From Eubacteriales bacterium (GTDB taxonomy: Bacteria; Bacillota; Clostridia; Oscillospirales; CAG-272): a DNA stretch of 64,000 bases. Below the pieces are notes generated by a model, which saw only the letters and a program-made list of their open reading frames with translations, was not told where the DNA came from and made no database searches. How positions within the stretch are numbered: the first letter of the stretch is position 1; each line of letters opens with the position of its first letter. The position numbers and the translations under genes are program-made. Location of the stretch: assembly GCA_045544955.1 (NCBI GenBank), contig JAZPZY010000005.1:35571-99570 (forward strand), in the 5' to 3' direction. Positions 26,225-35,816 of the stretch are shown here, one piece after another.

Positions 26225-26650
26225 TCAACCCTCCCAGGGCCAGGGCAGACGTGCCCAAAGCCATTCATTTTCGCAACGGTTACCTTCGGCCGTCAGCGGA
26301 CCGTACTGTTTTTCAAATTTTTCCGCCAGTGCTTTGTAGTCATTTACCGCACAGCGATACCGGGCAAGTGCGTCGGCGTTATCCGGATGACCGTCCAGAT
26401 ACAGTTCCAACTCTACCACCACGAAATACAGTGCCATCAGTTTTTCCCGCATCTGGCAAAAATCGTTCCGGTTCCAGCCGGCCGGCATCACGCCGGTTTT
26501 TGTACCGGGCATCCGGTACCCGTCACCGCACGTACCGGCTCTCTCCCCGTCACGGAAGCAGCCGTCCGTCCGACGGGCAACACCGCCGACACAGCTTCGC
26601 CGTTCCGGTGAAGGATACCGGCACGCGTTTCCACGCATATTGCAAATCAT
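26225..26650 (-). CDS. cotJB: Spore coat protein CotJB (start uncertain)
   Basis: C-terminal part LMALYFVVVELELYLDGHPDNADALARY...YGPLTAEG...WLWARLPWPWEG is the CotJB signature. Start placed at the ATGA overlap with cotJA; a shorter form could start at MREKL. Confidence 0.8.
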   Translation of the reverse strand: MICNMRGNACRYPSPERRSCVGGVARRTDGCFRDGERAGTCGDGYRMPGTKTGVMPAGWNRNDFCQMREKLMALYFVVVELELYLDGHPDNADALARYRCAVNDYKALAEKFEKQYGPLTAEGNRCENEWLWARLPWPWEG

Positions 26651-26976
26651 ACGCATCCTCCTCTCGTTCCGTTGGCATCCTTAATGGGAAGATACAGATT
26701 CTGAAACAGCGTACCGTGAGCCAGTGCTTCTTCCGCACAGGAAAACACGTCGCCGAAACCCTGATAGGGAGAGGACACCATAGCCAGCGGCGAATCAGAC
26801 CACTGATCTGCCGTGCCGCACGGTCTGTCCTCGGCGGGAATCTCCGCACAGTCGCAGCTGCATCCGTCCGCCACCCGGGAGCATATCTCGCGTGTGACCG
26901 TGATCGGTCCACGCATCATCATATCCGTACAGTCACCGCAGATTCGCGGCGATGCAGAATAATCGTACATTTTCAT
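26647..26976 (-). CDS. cotJA: Spore coat-associated protein CotJA
   Basis: PLAMVSSPYQGFGDVFSCAEEALAHGTLFQNLYLP matches the CotJA motif (LAMAYVPxQ...AL..GT.F..L..P). Start at MKMYDYS. Confidence 0.7.
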   Translation of the reverse strand: MKMYDYSASPRICGDCTDMMMRGPITVTREICSRVADGCSCDCAEIPAEDRPCGTADQWSDSPLAMVSSPYQGFGDVFSCAEEALAHGTLFQNLYLPIKDANGTRGGCV

Positions 26977-27077
26977 TCTAACAATACCTTTCCGATAATC
27001 GTCTCGACGGTGCGAAAATCCGCACTGTCTGACAGTACCATCATATGTCATCTGTGCACGGATTGTGACGATTCCGG

Positions 27078-27116
27078 AAGAAAAGAAATCACCGGCTTTG
27101 CGGTGCAAAGCCGGTG
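27078..27116 (-). terminator. Intrinsic terminator after the lipoprotein gene
   Basis: 12-bp stem CACCGGCTTTGC/GCAAAGCCGGTG (27090-27101 / 27105-27116) followed on the minus strand by ATTTCTTTTCTT. Confidence 0.7.
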
Positions 27117-27133
27117 CCGGTGATTGTATAAAA

Positions 27134-27841
27134 TCAGTTCGCTGCGGAAACAGCAGTGATGTGGGTGTTTACACCCTCGTACCAGTAGAGGAAGCCTTCT
27201 ACGTCGATCACGTCGCCCTCTTTCAGAGCGGCAACAGCCTTATAGAGGTCAGTGTCGGGAGCGGTGAGGTAGTTCTCAACGCAGAAATCGTATTTCACGC
27301 CATCCTTGGATACGGTAAGATAGATGTCCTTATCCCACTCGCTGTCCTTGTATGCGAGAGAAACTACGGTCAGACCCTTGAAAGCGACCTTCTTGTTCTG
27401 GTGGTCGATCAGCTCGTCCTTGCCGAGAAGATCGGTAGCGTCAAACGTTTCGGCAACCCATTTGCCTTCCAGGATTTCGATGGTACCGTCCATGATCTCG
27501 ATTTCGCCGGCCCAAGCACCCTTGTAGCCGGTAACCTTGATCTTGGCACCCTCGGTCAGCTTAGCGGCATCTTCCTCAGAGCACTTTGCTTCATAGATAA
27601 AGTATGCACCGTCGGGATCCTGTGCGTACACGGTGACAACACCCTGTCCGTCCTTTTCCCACCATGCCTGGTGACCCTGTACGTACGCCTCGATGACTAC
27701 TTCAGCGTCCATTTCAGCGGCCATGTACTCTTCGTAGGTCATAACGCCTTCGGACTTAGCGTTCACGTCTGCCTCTTTGTCGCATGCAACAAGGCCGCAG
27801 AGCATTACGAGCGCCAGTGCCATTACCAAAATTTTCTTCAT
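27134..27841 (-). CDS. Lipoprotein of unknown function (two OB-like halves)
   Basis: MKKILVMALALVMLCGLVAC lipobox. GGAGGAA SD. Confidence 0.6.
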   Translation of the reverse strand: MKKILVMALALVMLCGLVACDKEADVNAKSEGVMTYEEYMAAEMDAEVVIEAYVQGHQAWWEKDGQGVVTVYAQDPDGAYFIYEAKCSEEDAAKLTEGAKIKVTGYKGAWAGEIEIMDGTIEILEGKWVAETFDATDLLGKDELIDHQNKKVAFKGLTVVSLAYKDSEWDKDIYLTVSKDGVKYDFCVENYLTAPDTDLYKAVAALKEGDVIDVEGFLYWYEGVNTHITAVSAAN

Positions 27842-27908
27842 TAGTTTGTTCCTCCGTAATTTAGTTTGGTAAAGTGCTGTACTATTATACAACACTTCCG
27901 GCAATAAA

Positions 27909-29537
27909 TCAATGCCTATTTTGGATTTTTTTGTTTTTTCTTCGTTTAATTTTTTCCGTGAGCAGATACAGCAGAATCAGTATCCAGAGCCCGCCCAGCA
28001 TACCGAGAAGAAGTACCGCCGTTGCAGGCAGGGGACCCAGGTCATTTCCACTGCCGGCAGCATCCCGCCGGGCGGTGATCTGATCCAGTCGGTAAAGGGA
28101 CGTCACGTCTTTATACAGATCCGCCACGTACGCATCATCCACGGTCTGCTTCCGACGCACGGATTTGGTCGTATTCTCGATCAGCTGTCCGGCGGCGTTC
28201 CGTAGGGATGCCGAACCGTTGAACACAGAGGTAACGAAGGTCTGCTCCACATTCTCCAATAAGAGTTCGGACGCTTTTATCTTTACGCCGTAATGCAGAT
28301 CGTTATCCGTGCCGCCGGCGGCAAGATAGTCTTTATACGTATCCGTATTCTGTGCTTTAGTGGTTACGGGAACGTATCCCTCCGTCTGTGCGTATGCGAT
28401 CTGTACCTCATCCGTCAAAAGATACTGGGCAAACAGCCAGGAAGCCATAACCTCCTGGGGATCGCTCTTATTGAACACACATACGGACGGTCCCTGAGAG
28501 ATCATCACCGGATTCTCCGGATCGTACTGGGGAATGGGCATAACCGCCGTCTCAAACTGCACCAGATTCTCCTCCGGTATATCGATAAGCGGTGCTTCCG
28601 CACCCATCCAGGTGGCACCCGCAGTGGAATCCACGGCAAAAATGCACTGGCCTGCGTTCAGAAAGTTCGCCGGATAGCCGACGATCTTGAACGTACAGAA
28701 AGCTCCGCTTTTGGCGTGCTCTGCCACAGTATGGAGAATCTCTTCGGTAGTTTCGTTGAAGATGCCGACGGTGCCGTCATCTGTGGAATAGGGGGCACCC
28801 TTCTGCCGCAGCATCTGGATCATCATATTATCCGTGGATTTATAGATAAACGGGAACAGCACCTTCTGTCTATTCACGAGGAAATTGCCGTCTGCATCCT
28901 TTTTCAGAGCCGCCTCGGATACCTCCCATACGAAATCCCAGGTAAGCACGTCGGGAAGCGTAAAGCCCAGTGCCTCCACGTACGTTTTGTTTACGTAACA
29001 CGCCTCGGTGGAACGCATATACGGCATGGCGTAATGTGCACCGTTCAGGTAGCATTCGGATAAAAACTTGGGAACGATCTCCTCTTTTGCAGGAGAATCA
29101 AACCGCACCTCACTGCCGCCCAGACCGTATTTTTCGTGGTCAAACAAAGCATCCAGCGGCACGACCGTTTCCGCACCGGTAAGGTAAGTGGCAATATGAT
29201 CCGGATAGGTGATGCACACGTTAGGCGTGGTCCCTGTAGAAATATTAGTAATTACGTCATTGTATATATTGCCGTAATCCGTATACAGACGCAGATTGAC
29301 CGTGATATTGGGATAAAGAGCCATGAAATCCTCAATGGCCTTACGGTAAATGGCCACTTGGGTTTTATTGGTATCGTTTTTTGCCCAGAAGGAGATCTCA
29401 TAGGTGCGGGACGTATCAAACATGTCCGGCATTTCAAAGGGTGCGTACCCCTGAGAGCCGTGGCATCCCGTCAACAGTACGGAAGAAAGCGCTAACGTGA
29501 AAAGCAGAAGCACGGCAAGAAAGCGGCGGTTTCTCAT
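27909..29537 (-). CDS. ABC transporter extracellular solute-binding lipoprotein with an extra C-terminal TM anchor
   Basis: Signal/lipobox LLTGC. Family-1 SBP-like body. C-terminal LGPLPATAVLLLGMLGGLWILILLYLL followed by a Lys/Arg-rich tail. Confidence 0.75.
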   Translation of the reverse strand: MRNRRFLAVLLLFTLALSSVLLTGCHGSQGYAPFEMPDMFDTSRTYEISFWAKNDTNKTQVAIYRKAIEDFMALYPNITVNLRLYTDYGNIYNDVITNISTGTTPNVCITYPDHIATYLTGAETVVPLDALFDHEKYGLGGSEVRFDSPAKEEIVPKFLSECYLNGAHYAMPYMRSTEACYVNKTYVEALGFTLPDVLTWDFVWEVSEAALKKDADGNFLVNRQKVLFPFIYKSTDNMMIQMLRQKGAPYSTDDGTVGIFNETTEEILHTVAEHAKSGAFCTFKIVGYPANFLNAGQCIFAVDSTAGATWMGAEAPLIDIPEENLVQFETAVMPIPQYDPENPVMISQGPSVCVFNKSDPQEVMASWLFAQYLLTDEVQIAYAQTEGYVPVTTKAQNTDTYKDYLAAGGTDNDLHYGVKIKASELLLENVEQTFVTSVFNGSASLRNAAGQLIENTTKSVRRKQTVDDAYVADLYKDVTSLYRLDQITARRDAAGSGNDLGPLPATAVLLLGMLGGLWILILLYLLTEKIKRRKNKKIQNRH

Positions 29538-30409
29538 CCCTTCGTACCTCCCCGGGACACGCCCTCCATGATCTTTTTGCGGAAAAGCAAGAACAGAATG
29601 ATCAGCGGAACGGAAATAGCCACTACCGCCGCCATCATCGCAGGAATGTTCTCCCGGCCGAATCCGCTTTCGCGAATGGTCTGGATACCGTTGGAAACAA
29701 GAAAATAGGCTTCCTCATCCGTTACCAGCCGCGGCCACACGTAAGAGTTCCAGCACTCGATCACCTTCAGAATAGTAATGGTGACGATGGTGGGCTTGCA
29801 AATGGGGATCAGCACCTTCCACAGATATTTGAAATCGGAAGTGCCGTCCACCTTGGCGGCATAGTACAACTCGCTTGGAATCTGTGCGAAATTCTCTTTC
29901 AGAAGATAAATGTAAAATACCGACGTAACCGAAGGCAGGATGAGACCGGCAAAGGTGTTGCGGAGATCCAGATTGGTAACGGTAACGTAGTTGGTGATCA
30001 CCACAAGCTCGGTGGGTATCATCATAAGGGAAAGAAACAGCGTAAACAGCAGATCCTTTCCCGGGAACTGCAGCAGGGCAAAGGCGAACGCCGCCAGCAC
30101 CGTCACAAGCAGCATAAGCGCAGTAGTGATCACGGTAAAGATCAGCGTATTGAGAAAATAATCCGCCAGCGGCACCGAGGTAAACGCACTCACGTAGTTT
30201 TCAAGCGTAGGGTTAGGCGTGAACAGCTTCGGGATATACTCCGCATTGTACGCACCGTAGCTTTTGACGGAGGTAAGAAGCATCCAGTAAAAGGGGAACA
30301 GAACCGTAATACCCCATATACCGAGAAAGAAATAAGTAACCGCCGTCAGCACCTTTTTCCGTACGGCCGCTGACCGTTCGATCTTTTCAAAATTCGTATG
30401 TTTTTCCAT
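29534..30409 (-). CDS. Carbohydrate ABC transporter permease
   Basis: Six TM helices. EAA-type loop YYAAKVDGTSDFKYLWKVLIP. Confidence 0.85.
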   Translation of the reverse strand: MEKHTNFEKIERSAAVRKKVLTAVTYFFLGIWGITVLFPFYWMLLTSVKSYGAYNAEYIPKLFTPNPTLENYVSAFTSVPLADYFLNTLIFTVITTALMLLVTVLAAFAFALLQFPGKDLLFTLFLSLMMIPTELVVITNYVTVTNLDLRNTFAGLILPSVTSVFYIYLLKENFAQIPSELYYAAKVDGTSDFKYLWKVLIPICKPTIVTITILKVIECWNSYVWPRLVTDEEAYFLVSNGIQTIRESGFGRENIPAMMAAVVAISVPLIILFLLFRKKIMEGVSRGGTKG

Positions 30410-30419
30410 CGGTGCCTCC

Positions 30420-31310
30420 TCAGTAGTGTACGTGCTTTTTGCTCACCAGCAGATTGATGCAGGTGATGGTCAGCACGATGGCAAACAGGATGATGGCGGC
30501 GGCAGACGCATAGGACGGATATCCGCCGCTGTCGCCGTACAGCATATCGTACACGTAGCCAACGATGGTATTCATCTCGGCCGCATTCAGATCCGTACCG
30601 AACAGAGCTACCGCATCGCTGTACGCCTTGAACGCACCGATAAAGCCGGTAATCACCAGATAAAAAATGGACGGGGAGATCATAGGCAGGGTGATTTTCG
30701 TGAAAATACGGAGCCGGGAGGTGCCATCCACCTTGGCGGCCTTATAGTAGTCGTCGTTCACCGATGCCAAAGCACTGGTCAGAATCAGTATCTTAAAGGG
30801 CATGACCACCCATATCGTATAAAAGCAAAGCACGAACATCTTCGCCCAGTACGGTCCGTCAATGAAATCCACGGCTTCGCCGCCGAACATCTGGATCACA
30901 AGGTTGGCAAACCCGTCCGAATAAGGCGTTTTCTGAAACAGGATCATGAACACAAGGCCCACCGCCAGCGTATTGGTAACATACGGCAGGAAATACACCG
31001 TCTGAAACAGCTCTCTGAGCTTTTTGATGGAATTGAGCCCCACGGAAATCAAAAGGGCAATACCGGTGGACAGCGGCACGGTGATCATTACCAGAATCAG
31101 CGTATTCTTCACTGCCATAAGAAAATAGGGATCGTGCAGAACGTAGGAATAGTTGAACGTGCCCACGCCCTTATAGGTCTGGGATGCGAAATTGTACCCT
31201 TCTTCAAAGGAGTAAATAAACACGTCCACGAGGGGATACACCATAAACGCCGCGAGAAACAGGATCGCCGGCAGAAGATACAAATAGGCTTTATAATTTT
31301 TTTCTTCCAT
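30420..31310 (-). CDS. Carbohydrate ABC transporter permease
   Basis: Start at MEEKNYKAYLYLLPAI. EAA loop YYKAAKVDGTSRLRIFTKITLP. Confidence 0.85.
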   Translation of the reverse strand: MEEKNYKAYLYLLPAILFLAAFMVYPLVDVFIYSFEEGYNFASQTYKGVGTFNYSYVLHDPYFLMAVKNTLILVMITVPLSTGIALLISVGLNSIKKLRELFQTVYFLPYVTNTLAVGLVFMILFQKTPYSDGFANLVIQMFGGEAVDFIDGPYWAKMFVLCFYTIWVVMPFKILILTSALASVNDDYYKAAKVDGTSRLRIFTKITLPMISPSIFYLVITGFIGAFKAYSDAVALFGTDLNAAEMNTIVGYVYDMLYGDSGGYPSYASAAAIILFAIVLTITCINLLVSKKHVHY

Positions 31311-31320
31311 CTGCTGCTCC

Positions 31321-32424
31321 TTATTCCGCCTCCGGACGCAGGCGTGCACCGGTTTCCTTGTCGAACACGAACACCTTGCCGGGGAGAAGATCAAATCGAA
31401 CACAAGTGCCGCTGATCTCTTTCATGTTCTCCGCACGGATAATGGCACGGACGGAATCGCTCTCGCAAAACGGATGGGTTCCTACCACGCTTATATCCCG
31501 TCCCATTACCTCCACACGGACGAGTCCGCACCCGAACGCACCCTTTTCCGCAAGGACAAATCCCTCGGGACGGATGGCAACGGATACCGGTCTGTCACAG
31601 ATGCCCTTTGCCGGAAGAATCGCCTCATCGCCTACGTACACCTGACCGTCCCGTACCGTGCCGTCAAACACGTTGATAGGCGGCGTACCCAAAAACTTTG
31701 CCACGAACAGATTCACCGAATCGTCATAGACAGCCTGAGGCTCGCCGATCTGCTGCACCACGCCCTCTTTCATTACGATGATCTGATCGGAAATGCTCAT
31801 GGCTTCTTCCTGATCGTGGGTAACGAACACGGTGGTGATTCCGGTTTCTCTTTGAATACGGCGGATCTCCTCCCGGGTCTGGAGACGGAGCCGGGCATCC
31901 AGATTGGACAAGGGCTCATCCAGAAGAAGGATCCGAGGCATTTTCACAAGAGCCCGGGCAATGGCTACGCGCTGCTGCTGACCGCCGGACAGCTCGCTGG
32001 GCTTTCTGTCCATGAGCTGCTCGATCTGCACAAGCTTTGCCGCTTCAAACGCCTTCTCGTGCATTTCTTCTTTGGACAGGCGGTCCTTTCCTTTCAGGTT
32101 CTGCAGCGGAAACAGAATATTCTGCAGAACGGTCAGGTGCGGATACAGAGCGTAATTCTGGAACACCAGTCCCACGCCCCGGTGCTCCGGCGGCAGATCC
32201 GTCACGTCGTCGTCGCCAAAGAAGATCTTGCCGGCCGTGGGCTTCTGCAAACCGCTGAGCAGATGGAGCGTCGTGCTTTTTCCGCAGCCGGAAGGGCCCA
32301 AAAGGCCGATCAGTTTTCCGTCCGGGATCTCAAAAGAAAAATCGCTGACCGCCACCACTTCCCCGCCGGCCTTTTTATTCCGGTTGGGAAATTTCTTCGT
32401 CAGATTTGAAAGTACCACTTTCAT
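31321..32424 (-). CDS. ABC transporter ATP-binding protein (MalK/UgpC-like)
   Basis: Walker A GPSGCGKST, signature LSGGQQQR, Walker B LLLDEP. An alternative GTG start is at 32460. Confidence 0.85.
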   Translation of the reverse strand: MKVVLSNLTKKFPNRNKKAGGEVVAVSDFSFEIPDGKLIGLLGPSGCGKSTTLHLLSGLQKPTAGKIFFGDDDVTDLPPEHRGVGLVFQNYALYPHLTVLQNILFPLQNLKGKDRLSKEEMHEKAFEAAKLVQIEQLMDRKPSELSGGQQQRVAIARALVKMPRILLLDEPLSNLDARLRLQTREEIRRIQRETGITTVFVTHDQEEAMSISDQIIVMKEGVVQQIGEPQAVYDDSVNLFVAKFLGTPPINVFDGTVRDGQVYVGDEAILPAKGICDRPVSVAIRPEGFVLAEKGAFGCGLVRVEVMGRDISVVGTHPFCESDSVRAIIRAENMKEISGTCVRFDLLPGKVFVFDKETGARLRPEAE

Positions 32425-32565
32425 TTTTGCTTTTACCGTCTCTTTCTTAAAGAGGGACACCGCCGGGCGGTTCCCTTACGTATTCCTTTTGTAATATTAT
32501 AGTCATTTTTCCATCTGTTTTCAAGCCATATTTCATAATTCTGCAAAATATCTCTCCGGCAAAAC

Positions 32566-32591
32566 AAAAAGCGATCTTTCGATCGCTTTTT
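32566..32591. terminator. Bidirectional hairpin terminator
   Basis: AAAAA-GCGATC-tttc-GATCGC-TTTTT. Confidence 0.65.
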
Positions 32592-32598
32592 GCACGGA

Positions 32599-33465
32599 TT
32601 ATTTCTGTTTTGCCAGCCACTGCTTGTGGTAGGCTTCCACGGCGGTATCCTCTTTCAGCACCTTGAAATCCGCCGCCATCTTATCAACAGCGTATTTTAC
32701 GAGGCTTCTGCCGATACGCTCGTTGTTGCCGTCGTGGACGTCGGAGGAAAGCGAGTTGGGATAATTGGCCATCCAGCCGAAAGGAGTATAGAATCCCGCC
32801 TTTGAAATATGATCCATATAGTGGACAGACCGTCCGTCCACCATATTCACGCGGGACAGATCCACCAGATCGGGGCGTACGCCCAGCGTAATGCCCGTTT
32901 CCCTGAGACAGCCGTGACCGTTTGTGGTGTTATGCTCTGCGTAGTACCGAAGATACGCAATATCCTCATCCGTCAGTTCCGGAAAATAATCCCGGTTTCC
33001 GGAATCAATGATCTCCAGCATACGGGGGATCGTGGGCCACGTGCCGGAAGCACTGTATACGAACACCATGTAATCGTTTTTATCGTGGAGAACGCTGCGG
33101 GCAAAGTTATTCAGCATATTGGTATTGCCGCCGTGACCGCTGATGAGTACGATCTTCTTGAATCCGTTCCGTGCCATCTCCGAGCAGGACTCGGCAAGGA
33201 TGTCAAACATCAGTTTCGAGGAAAAGATGATCGTACCCGGGAATTCGCCGGCACCCTGCTTTTCACCGAAATACATGTGGGGGAAAAGCACGAACGGCTC
33301 CTTTTCCGCGGCACGCTCCGCCACGCCGGAGGCGTGAATCACGTCCTGTCCCAGGGGCAGGTGCTTGCCGTGATGCTCCACGCATCCTACCACCAGCGCA
33401 CAGACGCCTTTCGACTGTTCCACGGCTTCTTCAAACTTGCCGGATAAAATTTCTGTCCAAAGCAT
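32599..33465 (-). CDS. Creatininase-family amidohydrolase
   Basis: Start at MLWTEIL (AGGAG SD). VGCVEHHGKHLPLGQD...ISGHGGN pattern of the creatinine amidohydrolase family. Confidence 0.65.
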   Translation of the reverse strand: MLWTEILSGKFEEAVEQSKGVCALVVGCVEHHGKHLPLGQDVIHASGVAERAAEKEPFVLFPHMYFGEKQGAGEFPGTIIFSSKLMFDILAESCSEMARNGFKKIVLISGHGGNTNMLNNFARSVLHDKNDYMVFVYSASGTWPTIPRMLEIIDSGNRDYFPELTDEDIAYLRYYAEHNTTNGHGCLRETGITLGVRPDLVDLSRVNMVDGRSVHYMDHISKAGFYTPFGWMANYPNSLSSDVHDGNNERIGRSLVKYAVDKMAADFKVLKEDTAVEAYHKQWLAKQK

Positions 33466-33587
33466 AAGAATACACTCCTGAAATCGAAAAATGGGGGTTA
33501 TCTGCATTATACTCCCCGCATTTTCCCTTGTCAATAGAGTTTTGCAAAAAAATCTGCCGTGTTTTCCACGGCAGATTTTCAGAGGAT

Positions 33588-34433
33588 TCAGTGGAATTTC
33601 TCCACCCAATCCGTATAGGGCTTAAAGCTGATCTTCGGGCGGCAGTCAAAGGCGATATACACCTCTACGAAACGGCCGTCGGCGGTTTTTCTCTCTTTTC
33701 TGGCCTCCACCAGTCCCCGGATGATCTCGGTCTGGGATACGTAGGCGGAAATGGCATCGTCAATCGCCTTCTCCACCGATTCATCCACGGCAAGGATCCG
33801 GTTGGCGCGAAGATTCGTCGGACGTCCGTTCACCAGTGCGTCTTCGGGATCCAGATCCGCCCAGACGGAATACTGCAGTGTGGACCGCACCGCGTGGGGC
33901 ACGCCGTGATCTACAAGAGCCGCGTCCCCTGCCTGGGGGGTATCGAAGGATGACATAAGATAAGCGGCAAGGTGGTCGATATGCTCGTGATAGTGATTGG
34001 GGATCATCACCCGGGTGATCTTCTTCTCCCGAAGGAAGCGGAGAATGACAGGCATATCGCCGGGGTTGCCGTCCGCCTTCTCCCAACCCAGATTGCCGAT
34101 AGCCGAGAAATCTGGGAAATGCAGGCGGAGAATATGATCCGCCGGAATACCCATCCGGGCATAGCAGTCCAGTGTTTCCCTCTCCCGCACCGCCTCAATG
34201 GTATCCTTTTCTTCTACCGTGCTGTATCCTGCATCGCCACGGCAGAATATCATCACGTACACGTCTGCACCCGCTTCTTTAGCCGCCAGCATGGCGTAGC
34301 CGGCACCGATAATGGCGTCGTCGTCGTGGGGACTCATGACCACAAGGGCTTCATCTTTGCCGAAATCCGGAAACAGCGTCTGTATGTCATGATTTTTCTG
34401 TTTTTTATCAACGTCATAATATGTATACTTCAT
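33588..34433 (-). CDS. PIG-L/LmbE-family deacetylase
   Basis: VVMSPHDDDAIIGAG (PHxDD) and HxxH-type downstream motifs. Confidence 0.7.
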   Translation of the reverse strand: MKYTYYDVDKKQKNHDIQTLFPDFGKDEALVVMSPHDDDAIIGAGYAMLAAKEAGADVYVMIFCRGDAGYSTVEEKDTIEAVRERETLDCYARMGIPADHILRLHFPDFSAIGNLGWEKADGNPGDMPVILRFLREKKITRVMIPNHYHEHIDHLAAYLMSSFDTPQAGDAALVDHGVPHAVRSTLQYSVWADLDPEDALVNGRPTNLRANRILAVDESVEKAIDDAISAYVSQTEIIRGLVEARKERKTADGRFVEVYIAFDCRPKISFKPYTDWVEKFH

Positions 34434-34444
34434 ATTTCTCCTCC

Positions 34445-35794
34445 TCAGTAGCCGCTGCCGACGAGATGCTGCAAGCGGATGGGCAGTTCGTTCAGCACTT
34501 CGACTTTTCTGCCATATTTGCCAAGCGTTTTCTCCACCAGAACGTAGTCAAATTCGGGAATGATCACGCTGTTCCAGGTGCTGCCGAAACCGCGGGCGGC
34601 AACGTCCAGCATGGTTACGATCTGATTGCCCATGGGTTCATTGGAATTGAGCGTAATGGCACCGTAAAACTCCTGACACTCGGTGTAGCCTGCATTGTGC
34701 GTACCGGTATACGGCTTCAGCATGGCAAGATCAATGGGCTTGCCGATGCGGCGGCTCACTTCCTCACGGCGGCTTTCAAAATAGTTCACCAGTGCTTCTT
34801 CCTGCAAACGTGCCGGCAGATTGTTTTCCGCTACGCGGATGAACTCCGAAAGGCCTACCCGATAAGCATCCTCCACGAAGCTGAGCCAGTACTCCTGGGG
34901 CTCCGTCAACTTGCCGCCGGCCTCAGTACAAACAACCGTACAGCGTTCACAGGCAGTCAGTCCGTCCATGGCAGGACCGACGCCCAGATGAACAAACTCC
35001 CCGGCTTTGATCTCGTGATTCAGTGCTTTGCCAACAAGAGAACGGTTATCCTCTCCGCTGGTTACCATCACGTCAATGCCCATTTCCTCCACGCCCAGTT
35101 CGGATGCGATGGCGTAGCCCCACTGTGCTACCTGCGTCTGCAGCATGCCCGGCTTCATAACGGCCAGCATACCCTCGATCATATAGTCGGCCACCACGGC
35201 TGCCTGCTTTGTCAGACGCATTTCGATATCGGATTTTTCGTATTTGATCTTGTAATAGATCTCCTGTCCGTCCAAAAGATTGCCGCGTCCCACGTAGTTT
35301 TCAAACCATTCGTACAGAGCCACCGGCATAACGGCACGGGGCGTAAGAAGTGCGATCCGCACCGGCTTCTTTCCGCAGATCTCCTCGATTACGTCCTCCG
35401 GCCGGTCGGCTTCCACGGGATATTCCTCGTCCGCCAGTTTCAGCATTTCCACTCTTGCCACCCGGCATCCGCTTCGGGGAGAAAGCTGCTCGGCCACGTA
35501 GCATCCCTCAAGACCGGCCAGGATCGCAAAGCCGTTTTTGCCGATGATACCGGCCACAGGCTCTACGGAAATATTGGTATTGCCCCCGAGATACGGCACG
35601 TCGCCGTGATAATGCTCGTCGGAATAGACGATGCCGGCATCAAAGCCCGCCGCTTTCAGACCGGCGTACACGGCGTCCTGCCGCCGTTTGAATTCTGCTC
35701 TGTCCACGCGGAGCGTTTTGTCCATTTTGGGAGCTTTTGCCAGCACGTCCGCCACGATGTTCGCCTGTTTGCTCCACTCTTTTACGTTAACCAT
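34445..35794 (-). CDS. M24-fold (creatinase/prolidase-like) protein
   Basis: 449 aa with the creatinase-N plus pita-bread layout. The canonical Asp metal ligands look partly replaced (VHLGVGPAMDG). Confidence 0.55.
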   Translation of the reverse strand: MVNVKEWSKQANIVADVLAKAPKMDKTLRVDRAEFKRRQDAVYAGLKAAGFDAGIVYSDEHYHGDVPYLGGNTNISVEPVAGIIGKNGFAILAGLEGCYVAEQLSPRSGCRVARVEMLKLADEEYPVEADRPEDVIEEICGKKPVRIALLTPRAVMPVALYEWFENYVGRGNLLDGQEIYYKIKYEKSDIEMRLTKQAAVVADYMIEGMLAVMKPGMLQTQVAQWGYAIASELGVEEMGIDVMVTSGEDNRSLVGKALNHEIKAGEFVHLGVGPAMDGLTACERCTVVCTEAGGKLTEPQEYWLSFVEDAYRVGLSEFIRVAENNLPARLQEEALVNYFESRREEVSRRIGKPIDLAMLKPYTGTHNAGYTECQEFYGAITLNSNEPMGNQIVTMLDVAARGFGSTWNSVIIPEFDYVLVEKTLGKYGRKVEVLNELPIRLQHLVGSGY

Positions 35795-35816
35795 ACATAC
35801 CTCCGTAAATTTCTGT

